Shown in pieces: positions 18,647 to 28,271 of a stretch of 64,000 nt of DNA (its first letter is position 1; the number at the start of each line of letters is the position of its first letter). This stretch comes from Candidatus Daviesbacteria bacterium (GTDB taxonomy: Bacteria > Patescibacteriota > Microgenomatia > Daviesbacterales > UBA10151). The notes below the pieces were generated by a model that was not told where the DNA came from, searched no databases, and worked only from the letters and a program-made list of their open reading frames with translations. Position numbers and translations under genes: made by a program. The stretch is taken from positions 1,361 through 65,360 of the forward strand of contig JACPKM010000008.1 in the NCBI GenBank assembly GCA_016187025.1, in the 5' to 3' direction.

Positions 18647-19396
18647 ATGAAAAACGTAGACCATTCCCAAACCATCTTACAACTTGATAAGGTTTGTTTC
18701 TCCTATACTTCAGAAGAGGTGATAAAAGATGTTTCTTTAGCAATTCACAAAGGTGACTATGTTGGTATCATTGGCCCAAATGGAGGAGGAAAGTCAACAC
18801 TCCTAAAACTTATGCTTGGCATATTAAAACCTAATAATGGAAGTGTAAGGCTCTTTGGGAAAGACTTAGATGATTTTAAGGATTGGTCAATAATTGGTTA
18901 TGTTCCTCAAAAAAACTATATTGAAATGAATTTACCAATTACAGTAAAAGAGCTTGTGTCCATGGGCAGATATGGCAAGCGAGGTCTGTTCCGTTTTCCA
19001 AATAAAGAAGATGAGCAGAAAACACTACAAGCTCTCAAGCATGTAGATATACTTGAGTATAAAGACAAACAGGTTAGTGATTTATCTGGTGGTCAAAGAC
19101 AGCGGGCTTTTATTGCCCGCGCGCTTGCGGCAGAGCCAGAGATAATCTTTCTTGACGAACCAACCGTTGGTGTAGATATAAAAACGCAAAAGCAATTTTA
19201 CGAACTGCTAAGAAAACTCAACCAGGAACTGGAGTTAACACTTGTACTGGTATCCCATGAGCTTGATGTTGTTGCTCATGAGTCATCTGAATTGGGTTAT
19301 ATCAACAGAACGCTTGAATACTATGGAGAACCGGAAGAATTTTTGAAAGGAAAATATTTCCATGAGCTTATAGGTAAAGGAGGCGTGCATCACTGA
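18647..19396 (+). CDS. znuC: Metal ABC transporter ATPase
   Basis: GPNGGGKST, LSGGQRQR and LDEP; start moved to ATG 18647. Confidence 0.9.
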   Translation: MKNVDHSQTILQLDKVCFSYTSEEVIKDVSLAIHKGDYVGIIGPNGGGKSTLLKLMLGILKPNNGSVRLFGKDLDDFKDWSIIGYVPQKNYIEMNLPITVKELVSMGRYGKRGLFRFPNKEDEQKTLQALKHVDILEYKDKQVSDLSGGQRQRAFIARALAAEPEIIFLDEPTVGVDIKTQKQFYELLRKLNQELELTLVLVSHELDVVAHESSELGYINRTLEYYGEPEEFLKGKYFHELIGKGGVHH

Positions 19397-19398
19397 TT

Positions 19399-20193
19399 AT
19401 GCTAGAGCTTTTTAAGTATGGATTTATGATCCGGGGATTTGAGGCTGGAATTATCATTGCAATAATTGCTCCACTTATTGGTATATTCCTTGTTCTAAGG
19501 CGCTATTCTTTAATTGCCGATACATTATCCCATGTATCCCTTGCAGGAGTGGCAATAGGACTTTTACTAAAGGTTAATCCTTTAATTACAGCCATTATTG
19601 CAGCAGTATTATCTTCTATTGCAATTGAAAGATTACGAATTAGCAAAAAAATATTTGGGGAGTCTGCTCTTTCTATCTTCCTTTCCGGCAGCCTTGCACT
19701 GGCAGTTGTCCTTATTAGCTTCTCTAGGGGATTTGGAGTTGATTTGTTTAGCTATCTTTTCGGGAGTATTACCACAGTCAAACAAACTGATGTATATATT
19801 ATTGGAACTCTAGGTTTGTTGGTTGCTGCAACAATCATTACCTTTTATAAAGAGCTTTTATATGTCACTGTTGATGAAGAAGCAGCCAAAGTAAATGGGA
19901 TTCCAACAAAGTTTATTAATATTCTCCTGATAGTTTTGGCTGCCCTGACAGTATCCCTCTCTATTCCAATTGTTGGTGTTTTACTAATTGCTGCACTTAT
20001 TGTCATTCCGGTAGTTTCTGCATTGCAGCTAAAAACAAGCTTCATAAAAACTATTCTTATAGCTGAGGTTATTTCTATATTTGCTGTGATTTCAGGAATT
20101 ATTATCTCTTTTTACCTTAATCTTTCTCCCGGAGGAACCATTGTTTTGACAACTATTTCTATATTCGTACTTATCTTAATGCTGAAACGATAA
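19399..20193 (+). CDS. znuB: Metal ABC transporter permease
   Basis: DTLSHVSLAG and YLFGSI. Confidence 0.9.
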   Translation: MLELFKYGFMIRGFEAGIIIAIIAPLIGIFLVLRRYSLIADTLSHVSLAGVAIGLLLKVNPLITAIIAAVLSSIAIERLRISKKIFGESALSIFLSGSLALAVVLISFSRGFGVDLFSYLFGSITTVKQTDVYIIGTLGLLVAATIITFYKELLYVTVDEEAAKVNGIPTKFINILLIVLAALTVSLSIPIVGVLLIAALIVIPVVSALQLKTSFIKTILIAEVISIFAVISGIIISFYLNLSPGGTIVLTTISIFVLILMLKR

Positions 20194-20272
20194 CACCTAT
20201 CCAAATAACTGCCATCAACACAGCAGTTACCTTGGCAGAATCGATAAAAATTGATCTGAATGAAAATTCCAT
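20171..20272 (-). CDS. Putative 33-aa membrane micro-protein
   Basis: MEFSFRSIFIDSAKVTAVLMAVIWIGVIVSALR; TATAAT at 20302-20307 and phased GTAA boxes upstream. Confidence 0.5.
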   Translation of the reverse strand: MEFSFRSIFIDSAKVTAVLMAVIWIGVIVSALR

Positions 20273-20373
20273 ATTTCTTTGTTCCGATGAAATCGTAAAC
20301 GATTATAAATTTTGTGGACAGTAAAAAAGTTAGCGTATAGTAATAAAAAAGTAAGGAAAATTCAAGCCACCAG

Positions 20374-21912
20374 TTATTCCCATTCCATAGTGGCTGGAGG
20401 TTTGGTAGTGATATCATAAACCACCCTTGAGATACCCTCAACCTCATTTACAAGCCTTGTAGAAATTTTTTGTAGTATCTGATAAGGAACTTGCGCCCAT
20501 TTGGATGTCATCACATCTTTTGATTCAACTATTCTTAATGCCACAACTTCCCCAAAAAATCTTCCATCTCCTTTGACGGCCGTTGAATAGGCTCCAGTCA
20601 TAATTGGAAATGACATATAAACCTTACTTAAATAACTTGCCTTTTCCAGCTCTTCCAAAACTATTTTATCCGCCAGTTTTTCCTTTATTAACCTTTCTTT
20701 GGTTACTTCACCTCTTATCCTGACAGCATATCCGGGCCCTGGAAATACTTGTTTGTTGACAAATTCCTTAGAAAGGCCTAATAACTTACCAATATTTCTG
20801 ACCTCATCTTTATAAAAATTTCTTAAAGGCTCAATTAACTTAAGTTTCATATTTTTAGGAAGTCCACCTACGTTATGGTGACTTTTGATTTTTGAAGCAT
20901 GTTTACTACCCTTGCTTTCTATAACATCAGAATAGATTGTTCCTTGAAGTAAAAACCTAACATTTTTGCCCTCCTGAATTTGTTTTATCATTTCCCGCTC
21001 AAACACCTCTATATAAAATGCACCAATTATTTTCCTTTTTTTTTCAGGGTCAGAAACGCCTTTAAGTTTTCTTAACATTTCTTTTTCTACGTTGCAAACA
21101 ATTGGTTTAACTTTGTGGTGTAGGAAAATCTGCTCTACATGCTCCTTCGTCCTCTCCCTCATCAAACCATTTTCAACATAAATTGGAATAAATTTTTCTT
21201 TTAGTGCATCAGCTGCCAGTATTCCGGCTACTGTTGAATCCACGCCTCCAGACACAGCCCCAATCACATAGTAGCCCCCTGCTTGTTTTTTGATTTCCTG
21301 CCTGATAACAGAAACATCAAATGATTTCTTTTCAAAAGTAACGCCGCATTCAACTAAAAAGCTTTTTAACAGGGTTGTTCCATGATCTGTATGCTCAACT
21401 TCAGGATGAAATTGTACTCCCCAAATTTTTTGTTTTTGATTTGCAACAAAAGCATTTACTACGTGGTCTGTTGAGCCTAAAACCTCAAAACCCTTAGGTA
21501 GTTTGACAACTTCATCTCCATGACTCATCCACACAGTAAATTTTTCAGGTAAGCCATTTGCCTGCTTTAACTGTATTTGCGCAGGACCATATTCTTTTTT
21601 CCCTGGAATGACTTTTCCTCCAAGCAAATGTGCCATAATTTGCAATCCATAACAAATTCCGAGGATTGGAATATTTAGCCCAAAAATCCTTGGATCTATT
21701 GTGGGAGCATTTTTTAAATACACTGAATCTGGTCCTCCTGAGAGTATTATTCCTAAGGGCTTTTTGTCATTTTTAATTTTATCCAGTACCTGGTCAGGTT
21801 CAATTATTTCCCCCTGAGCTCCTAACTGTTTCACCCTTCTTAATATCAAATGTGCAGTTTGGGAACCAAAGTCTACAACAATAAGTGAAGGCTTTCTTAC
21901 CACATTGCCCAT
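20374..21912 (-). CDS. guaA: GMP synthase (glutamine-hydrolysing)
   Basis: GICYG, QFHPE, SGGVDS, KSHHNVGG and KPPATMEWE. Confidence 0.97.
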   Translation of the reverse strand: MGNVVRKPSLIVVDFGSQTAHLILRRVKQLGAQGEIIEPDQVLDKIKNDKKPLGIILSGGPDSVYLKNAPTIDPRIFGLNIPILGICYGLQIMAHLLGGKVIPGKKEYGPAQIQLKQANGLPEKFTVWMSHGDEVVKLPKGFEVLGSTDHVVNAFVANQKQKIWGVQFHPEVEHTDHGTTLLKSFLVECGVTFEKKSFDVSVIRQEIKKQAGGYYVIGAVSGGVDSTVAGILAADALKEKFIPIYVENGLMRERTKEHVEQIFLHHKVKPIVCNVEKEMLRKLKGVSDPEKKRKIIGAFYIEVFEREMIKQIQEGKNVRFLLQGTIYSDVIESKGSKHASKIKSHHNVGGLPKNMKLKLIEPLRNFYKDEVRNIGKLLGLSKEFVNKQVFPGPGYAVRIRGEVTKERLIKEKLADKIVLEELEKASYLSKVYMSFPIMTGAYSTAVKGDGRFFGEVVALRIVESKDVMTSKWAQVPYQILQKISTRLVNEVEGISRVVYDITTKPPATMEWE

Positions 21913-21956
21913 AAGCTATTTATATAGCACATTAACAAAAAAGAAGGTAGTGTTTG

Positions 21957-22085
21957 TTACCTGGATCCACCTTTTCTGCCTATTTCGCTATAAAAGGCTC
22001 TGTCATGGGATTTTCCGCCCTTACTAGCTACTCTCCTCCTTGTCTGAGGATCTGCTGATGCTAGTCCTCTTTTGCTTTTTGCCAT
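21957..22085 (-). CDS. KGG-repeat general stress peptide (YciG/GsiB/Con-10-like), 42 aa
   Basis: Not in the ORF track: MAKSKRGLASADPQTRRRVASKGGKSHDRAFYSEIGRKGGSR; SD GGAAAGGCGGTGA. Confidence 0.9.
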   Translation of the reverse strand: MAKSKRGLASADPQTRRRVASKGGKSHDRAFYSEIGRKGGSR

Positions 22086-22118
22086 TTTACAAATCACCGC
22101 CTTTCCTTAAGTATCCAA

Positions 22119-22424
22119 TTATTTCAAAGAAGCTTTTCTGCCTCTACTACTTCTTCTTTTGAAAGGGTTTTTGCCCTGGATTTGATGAGCCACAGCACCC
22201 TGTGAGTTGGCAATCCTTTTGTTTAGAATGGCTCCAATTGTTTTAGTTGCTTCTATTGCCTTTTTACCCAGTATTTCCCTATTTTTCCTTTTCATCAGTG
22301 CTGCTCCTGCTGCAACAACACCAGCTGTAACAGCCAGTCCAGCTGCACCCAAGGCAATTTTGTTTGCCACTCCTCTTGTTTTGACCCTATCTTGACCGGT
22401 TTGCATCCGAACCAATGTTTTCAC
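22119..22424 (-). CDS. Small basic protein with one hydrophobic segment
   Basis: Strong SD AGGGAGGTGA; true start probably TTG 22415 or ATG 22406. Confidence 0.75.
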   Translation of the reverse strand: MKTLVRMQTGQDRVKTRGVANKIALGAAGLAVTAGVVAAGAALMKRKNREILGKKAIEATKTIGAILNKRIANSQGAVAHQIQGKNPFKRRSSRGRKASLK

Positions 22425-22562
22425 CTCCCTTTATATTTCCTTTACATTATCAACAGCAAATAAAAAGTCTGTAAAGTAAGCGTAAGGGATAAGCAAGACT
22501 AAAACTCCCTCTCCTAAAATTTGCTTTTTTATTACGAAATTTTTACAATTAACTTACTAAAA

Positions 22563-22916
22563 ATGCATATATTGTCTATTCTCCTATCAATTGCTTTGGG
22601 CTTTATTGCTATTAACGCCCTAACACACGACCGGTCAAGGATTAAAAGTAGAATGCCCAATGTCATTATTGGGAAGGTGCAGATTTTCCCGGTTTTAAGA
22701 ATACAGATTAGAGGTAGTGTGATTCATTTTCATCACTGGTTTCATTTTTCACTAATGCTGGGATATTCTTTTATCGCTTCAGCCGGCATTCTTGACCATT
22801 CTTTTACGAGAGGCATTTTACTTGGCGGAATTATTCAGGGCCTTTCCCTTCCTAAAGAATACCGGAAAATAATTTATAGGGAACACCCTGTGTTACCTCC
22901 ACTAAAATCCAGATGA
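22563..22916 (+). CDS. Small membrane protein
   Basis: Hydrophobic segments and HFHHW motif; overlaps the gmk start (ATGA). Confidence 0.65.
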   Translation: MHILSILLSIALGFIAINALTHDRSRIKSRMPNVIIGKVQIFPVLRIQIRGSVIHFHHWFHFSLMLGYSFIASAGILDHSFTRGILLGGIIQGLSLPKEYRKIIYREHPVLPPLKSR

Positions 22917-23524
22917 AACAAACTGGGATACTGCTTGTCGTAACTGGTCCTACAGCCAGTGGGAAAGATGCAGTTGTTGAAAGTATTTTAAAGAAAACCC
23001 ATGTCTTTAAAAAGGTAATTACTACCACTACACGTACTCCGAGACCCGGAGAAAAAAATGGGGTAAATTACTTTTTTGTCAGCATAAAAGATTTTCATAA
23101 AATGGGTGAGAATCAGGAGTTTTTAGAGACCAATGAATACGGTGGTAATTTTTATGGCACTACAAAAAAAGAAATTCATCAGGTCTTGGCTAGACAAGAT
23201 TTAGTTTGGCGGATTGATCCGTCTGCTGCTGCAAAAATAAAGTCAATCATCAGCAAAAACTTTCCTAAAGACGCTGCAAGTGAGCTTATTTCAAAAACTA
23301 TAGTTATTTATTTAAGTCCAGAGAGTGCTCAGGTGTTAATCAGTAGATTAAAAGGACGGGGATTTAGCGGTTCTGAAATTGACCAAAGGTTAAATGAGGA
23401 AAATATGCTTTGGGAGAAATACCAAAACAAGTTTCCGTATGTGATAATCAACAAAACAGGATATTTGGACAAAACGGTTGCAAATGTTTTAGCTTTAGTT
23501 CAAGAAAGAAAAGAAAGTCTTTAA
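22913..23524 (+). CDS. gmk: Guanylate kinase
   Basis: GPTASGKD, TTTRTPRPGE and FYGT. Confidence 0.9.
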   Translation: MKQTGILLVVTGPTASGKDAVVESILKKTHVFKKVITTTTRTPRPGEKNGVNYFFVSIKDFHKMGENQEFLETNEYGGNFYGTTKKEIHQVLARQDLVWRIDPSAAAKIKSIISKNFPKDAASELISKTIVIYLSPESAQVLISRLKGRGFSGSEIDQRLNEENMLWEKYQNKFPYVIINKTGYLDKTVANVLALVQERKESL

Positions 23525-23549
23525 AGTAACATCTTCATCTGAAGATGAT

Positions 23550-23909
23550 CTACTTAAGAGCAAACTCCTTTACCGTATCTAGTAGTTTTTTTATATCAAA
23601 AGGCTTTTCCAAAAATCCGTCCGCTTTAGTATCCTTGGCAATTTGCCTTGTATCACTTAAGGCAGATACTAGTAAAACCGGAATCTTTTTTGTTGCCGGA
23701 TTTGATTTAAGCTTTCTAGTTATTTCTCTTCCATCAAACCCAGACATCCAAACATCAAGCAGTACCAAATCAGGCATTTCTTTTAAAATTGATTCTTCCA
23801 CATTTTTTCCATGAGTCTCACCTACTACATCAAACCCGCCTTCAGTTAAAACTATTTTAATAACCTCAACAATAGATGAGTCATCATCTGCAATAAAAAC
23901 TTTTTTCAT
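23550..23909 (-). CDS. Single-domain response regulator (receiver only)
   Basis: IADDD, LLDVWM, SA and KPF. Confidence 0.93.
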   Translation of the reverse strand: MKKVFIADDDSSIVEVIKIVLTEGGFDVVGETHGKNVEESILKEMPDLVLLDVWMSGFDGREITRKLKSNPATKKIPVLLVSALSDTRQIAKDTKADGFLEKPFDIKKLLDTVKEFALK

Positions 23910-26104
23910 TAATTTAGTACTCGGCCTTCAATGGGAATTCGTATGATAAAGCTTGACCCTTTTCCTATATTACTTCTAACACTAATTTTTCCTCTATGCT
24001 GTCTAATAATTTGCGAACTGATATAAAGCCCAAGTCCCAAACCAGCATAAGTTTCTCCTTTATGCTTTACTACCTGAAAAAATCTATCAAATACCCTTTT
24101 TTGAAACTCCTTAGGTATACCTATTCCAAAATCCTGAACCTCAATTTGCATATGATTGCTTATCTCCTTTGTTTTAATTAGTACCTTCAAAGCTCCCGGA
24201 GAATATTTTACCGCATTTGTAATTAAATTTACCATCACCTCGGATACCCGATCTTTATCCCAGTACACCCGTTTCGAAACATACCCTTTTAAAATCAGTT
24301 TGTGGGTTTTAAATGCTGGCTGCAAGCTACCAACAATATCCTTGATAAATTTATTAAAATCAAACCTTGTTCTATAAAACGGTAAAGACCCTTTCTCCAT
24401 TTTACTCAAATCCAGTAATTCATTTACCAACCGGGTTAACTTATCAAGTTGCAAATTGACTTTTTCTAAGTAGGCTTTGACAATACCATCCTCTGTTTTT
24501 ATTAGCCGTGCTTGAATTAACTGAGTAAAAGCCTTGATGGTAGTAATCGGAGTTTTGAGCTCATGGCTTGCAATTGCCAGGAATTCATCTTTATGCTTTT
24601 CAACCAGTTTCAACTCAGTAACATCATGAAATACATTTACTACAAACTGAACTTCACCTTTATCATCAAAAACTGGGGTCGCTTTAACCAAACTCCACCT
24701 TTCATGATTAGTATCTTTTTTTCGGAATCTGATGATGGTTTCAGGTGTGTTTTTCCCAAGTACGGCCAGTCTAGAGGGTAGTTTATCAAGGGGAAATGGA
24801 TTACCATTTTCTTCTTTAAGCTCAAATAGATCTAAGATGTTATTGTTTGATTCCTTTAGCATATTTTTTGGATGATCATATCCAATAGTTCTAGCAGCTG
24901 CTGAATTTACAAACATTAACTTACCCTCTTTACCTTGCACAGCTATCCCATCTGAAACATTTTGTAGAATAACTTCCAGTTGATTTTTTTGCTTCTTATA
25001 TTCTTTTTCTCTAATTCTTAATTTGTCCTCTGCCTTTTTTCTTTCTCCGATTTCTTGTTTAGCTCCCTGAAAAAGAAGTGAGTTTTCAATTGAGATTGCA
25101 ACTCTGCCAGCTAAATCATTTGCCAAAATAAGATCAGCTTGCTGGTAATGCCTTCCTGAGTCTCCCATTGAAAAAGTAACAATTCCCAACATATGCCCTC
25201 TAGAGATAATTGGAATAGCCATATATGAACAAACCCCTAAGGCTTTTAATAGTTTTAGATGCTTTGTATTCAGGGAAATTGAACTCAGCCATTTAGTGTC
25301 AACTCTTGAAACAAGCAAAGGTTTGTTTAATTTTAAGCTTAAGGCAGCTGGCTGGCTGGAGTCCAAGGATAGAGGATAATTGTTTTTAAGTATATTTGCC
25401 AGTCTATTTTTTTTAGAGTCTATATGAACTACCTCGACGCGGCTGGTATTATTGCTTTCTTCTACCAAATCGATAATACACCAATCTGCTATGATTGGTA
25501 CAATTAAACGAGCCAGATTTTTGAGAGAGGTTCGATAGTCCAATGATTGAGATAAGATTTTACTTGCCTCAACTAGAAAAGATAGCTTTAAATTGGCATT
25601 TTCAGCCTCAGCTCTGGCTGACTGCTCAATAATAAGCTGTGCCTTTTCCTCCTCTGCCAGTTTTCGGTCTGTAATATCCTGAACTAGACCCTCGAAATAT
25701 ATAATTTCACCATTTTTATTCTTTACTGCCCGGGCATTCTCCGAAATCCAAATAATATCTCCGTCTTTTTTACGAACCTGTGATTCAAAATCAGTTATCA
25801 GCCCTTTTGACCTAATTAGCCTGATAAATTTATCCCTGGTACTGGAATTTACATAAAATTGAGTTTTAATATTTACTAAGTTACTTGTCATATCTTCTAC
25901 TGATTCATAGCCGAGAATTTTGGCCAAAGCAGGGTTAGCGGTTAATATTTTCCCCTCAGGAGTTGACTGATATATGCCCTCGATAGCATTTTCAAAAATT
26001 GATCTATACAAATTATCACCATTGATAGGTTCATCAATTATGCTTTTTTCTAACATTAGGATTTTCCTTTTTGGAGGCGATCTTAGGACAGAGTCAGCGA
26101 ACAT
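23909..26104 (-). CDS. Cytoplasmic PAS-GAF-PAS sensor histidine kinase
   Basis: Two PAS domains, a GAF domain, SHELKTP H-box, NLITNAVKY and DFGIG/GLGLGL; no TM. Confidence 0.93.
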   Translation of the reverse strand: MFADSVLRSPPKRKILMLEKSIIDEPINGDNLYRSIFENAIEGIYQSTPEGKILTANPALAKILGYESVEDMTSNLVNIKTQFYVNSSTRDKFIRLIRSKGLITDFESQVRKKDGDIIWISENARAVKNKNGEIIYFEGLVQDITDRKLAEEEKAQLIIEQSARAEAENANLKLSFLVEASKILSQSLDYRTSLKNLARLIVPIIADWCIIDLVEESNNTSRVEVVHIDSKKNRLANILKNNYPLSLDSSQPAALSLKLNKPLLVSRVDTKWLSSISLNTKHLKLLKALGVCSYMAIPIISRGHMLGIVTFSMGDSGRHYQQADLILANDLAGRVAISIENSLLFQGAKQEIGERKKAEDKLRIREKEYKKQKNQLEVILQNVSDGIAVQGKEGKLMFVNSAAARTIGYDHPKNMLKESNNNILDLFELKEENGNPFPLDKLPSRLAVLGKNTPETIIRFRKKDTNHERWSLVKATPVFDDKGEVQFVVNVFHDVTELKLVEKHKDEFLAIASHELKTPITTIKAFTQLIQARLIKTEDGIVKAYLEKVNLQLDKLTRLVNELLDLSKMEKGSLPFYRTRFDFNKFIKDIVGSLQPAFKTHKLILKGYVSKRVYWDKDRVSEVMVNLITNAVKYSPGALKVLIKTKEISNHMQIEVQDFGIGIPKEFQKRVFDRFFQVVKHKGETYAGLGLGLYISSQIIRQHRGKISVRSNIGKGSSFIIRIPIEGRVLN

Positions 26105-26189
26105 AATTTAATCCTACAAATCAAAAATAAGATCATTATGATTAGAATGTAATAATTAAGTAAGCTACAAAAAAAGGCCCGCTTTTGAG

Positions 26190-26786
26190 CTAAATTGTTT
26201 TTTGATATTCTTGGAGTGTTAGCCAGACAGGGTCTGGAACTTTTTTATAGTTGATGTTTCTTGTAAGCTTTGGTTCTCCGTTTTCTTCTATTAGATAATA
26301 AGCAAAACCACGCAGTTTTTTGATAGGCTCATAATCAGCATGACCTGGTAGGCTGACCGGGTCGGTCTCTTCAAAATTAACAGGGCTATCATCTGATGTC
26401 ACCAGCCATTTTTTTCCGGTATTTGCAACCAGATGGGCTGTGCCAGCAGGCATAAATACCGCATCACCCTTCTTTACTTTGATCGCCATAAAAGATTCTA
26501 TCTCGTCATCTATAGGTTGACCATTAGAATCGTTTTTCCTTATCTGTAAAAGCACCACACCTTCACCCTCAATAATATGGTAGGTTTCTGAGATACGGCC
26601 TACATGGTAGTGTCCATAGGTTTTGATATATTCACCGCCTATCGTCCCTGTTTCCCATACAGTGATATTTGTCTTGTCAGATCCCCCACGAATCATATAA
26701 TAATGAATCTCAGGTCCTGGGGCATCAGGAGCAAGCAATACCTCCTTCATCTTGCCGTGTTCTCTTGGAGCAAAAGGTTTAAGCAT
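26190..26786 (-). CDS. Cupin-type (archaeal-like) glucose-6-phosphate isomerase
   Basis: KTYGHYH...ETYHIIEGEG and PAGTAH cupin motifs; divergent from zwf. Confidence 0.8.
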   Translation of the reverse strand: MLKPFAPREHGKMKEVLLAPDAPGPEIHYYMIRGGSDKTNITVWETGTIGGEYIKTYGHYHVGRISETYHIIEGEGVVLLQIRKNDSNGQPIDDEIESFMAIKVKKGDAVFMPAGTAHLVANTGKKWLVTSDDSPVNFEETDPVSLPGHADYEPIKKLRGFAYYLIEENGEPKLTRNINYKKVPDPVWLTLQEYQKTI

Positions 26787-26843
26787 AGATTACTAGTATT
26801 TCACTCTTTACATTTCTTTGTCAATATTACAAAATGTCAACAA

Positions 26844-28271
26844 ATGAATCCGTTTACTTTAATTATTTTTGGTATTACATCAAACCTATCTCAAATTAAA
26901 ATCATTCCTGCACTTTATGACATGGAGGAAAAAGGGCTTTTGTCCGGAATTTCCGTTTTGGGGGTTGCCAGAAAAAAACAGACAAAGAAAGAGTTCTACG
27001 AATATATTAATAAAGTAGCCTACTTACCAAACGTTCATCATAAGCACCAGATTAAAAAAGAGGTCTATGAAAGGTTATGCAGGAAAATGAGCTATATTGA
27101 TGGAGATTTAGATGACCCTAACTTTTACCTCAGATTAAAAAATACTCTGGCTAAAGAATCTAATATTAAAAGCAGGGTATTTTATCTGGCGGTCTATCCA
27201 GGCCTTTATGAAATGGTTTTTAAACACCTTAAAAAAAATAAACTAACTCAGCAAAAAAATGGTTGGGCAAGACTTATTATAGAAAAACCCCTAGGGTTTG
27301 ATTTAAAAACTGCCAAAATTTTAAATAGGCTTTTAGGTAAATATTTCACAGCAGATCAGGTTTTTAGACTTGACCATTATTTAGGGAAGGAAACTTTACA
27401 GAATATTTTAACCTTTAGATTTGGCAATGGGATTTTTGAACCACTAATGAACTCGGAGTACGTAGACCACATTCAAATTACAGCTACAGAGGATTTTGGG
27501 ATAGGAAAAAGGGGCGCTTACTATGATAGTGTTGGCGCCTTAATAGATGTGGGACAAAACCATGAACTACAAATGTTAGCACTTACAACAATGGATGCTC
27601 CTGTAGAATTTAGTAGTCAATCACTCTCCAGACAAAAAGTAAAAATCCTAAAATCCTTAGTACCAAGTAAAGTTGTGTTTGGCCAATATGATGGATATAC
27701 CAAAGAAGAAAGCGTTAACCCAAACTCCACCAAAGATACATTTTATGCTTTGAAGACGTATATTGATAACGAGAGGTGGAAAGATGTGCCTATATATATT
27801 AGGGCTGGCAAGATGCTAAAACAATATGTTACGGAGATAGTAGTAGTCTTCAAAAACCCCATTAACAGGTTATTTAAACATCTAGACTGCGGTGAAGAAC
27901 CAAACATATTGATCTATCGTATCCAACCAAATGAGGGGGTAGTTTTAAAAATAGTTGCCAAGAAGCCAGGTCAGGAAACCGAGCTTGAACCGTCGTACAT
28001 GCAGTTTTGCTACAAAATAAACCCAGAGGGCCATTTTTTTCCAGATCCTTATGAAAGACTGCTTCTTGATGCAATCAAAGGAGACCAAACCTTCTTCAAT
28101 GATGCAGAAGAAGTTGAGGCTGAATGGGCTTTTGTTGACCCCCTCGTTAGCACTCGGGGTAAACCACATATTTATAAACCAGGTTCATGGGGACCAAAAG
28201 AAGCGGATGAGCTGATTGAAAAAGATGGCAGAGCTTGGCTTGAACCTTCAATGGACTTTTGCAGAATTTAG
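26844..28271 (+). CDS. zwf: Glucose-6-phosphate 1-dehydrogenase
   Basis: IIEKPLG, RLDHYLGKE, QNH and YERLL; start moved to ATG 26844. Confidence 0.96.
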   Translation: MNPFTLIIFGITSNLSQIKIIPALYDMEEKGLLSGISVLGVARKKQTKKEFYEYINKVAYLPNVHHKHQIKKEVYERLCRKMSYIDGDLDDPNFYLRLKNTLAKESNIKSRVFYLAVYPGLYEMVFKHLKKNKLTQQKNGWARLIIEKPLGFDLKTAKILNRLLGKYFTADQVFRLDHYLGKETLQNILTFRFGNGIFEPLMNSEYVDHIQITATEDFGIGKRGAYYDSVGALIDVGQNHELQMLALTTMDAPVEFSSQSLSRQKVKILKSLVPSKVVFGQYDGYTKEESVNPNSTKDTFYALKTYIDNERWKDVPIYIRAGKMLKQYVTEIVVVFKNPINRLFKHLDCGEEPNILIYRIQPNEGVVLKIVAKKPGQETELEPSYMQFCYKINPEGHFFPDPYERLLLDAIKGDQTFFNDAEEVEAEWAFVDPLVSTRGKPHIYKPGSWGPKEADELIEKDGRAWLEPSMDFCRI

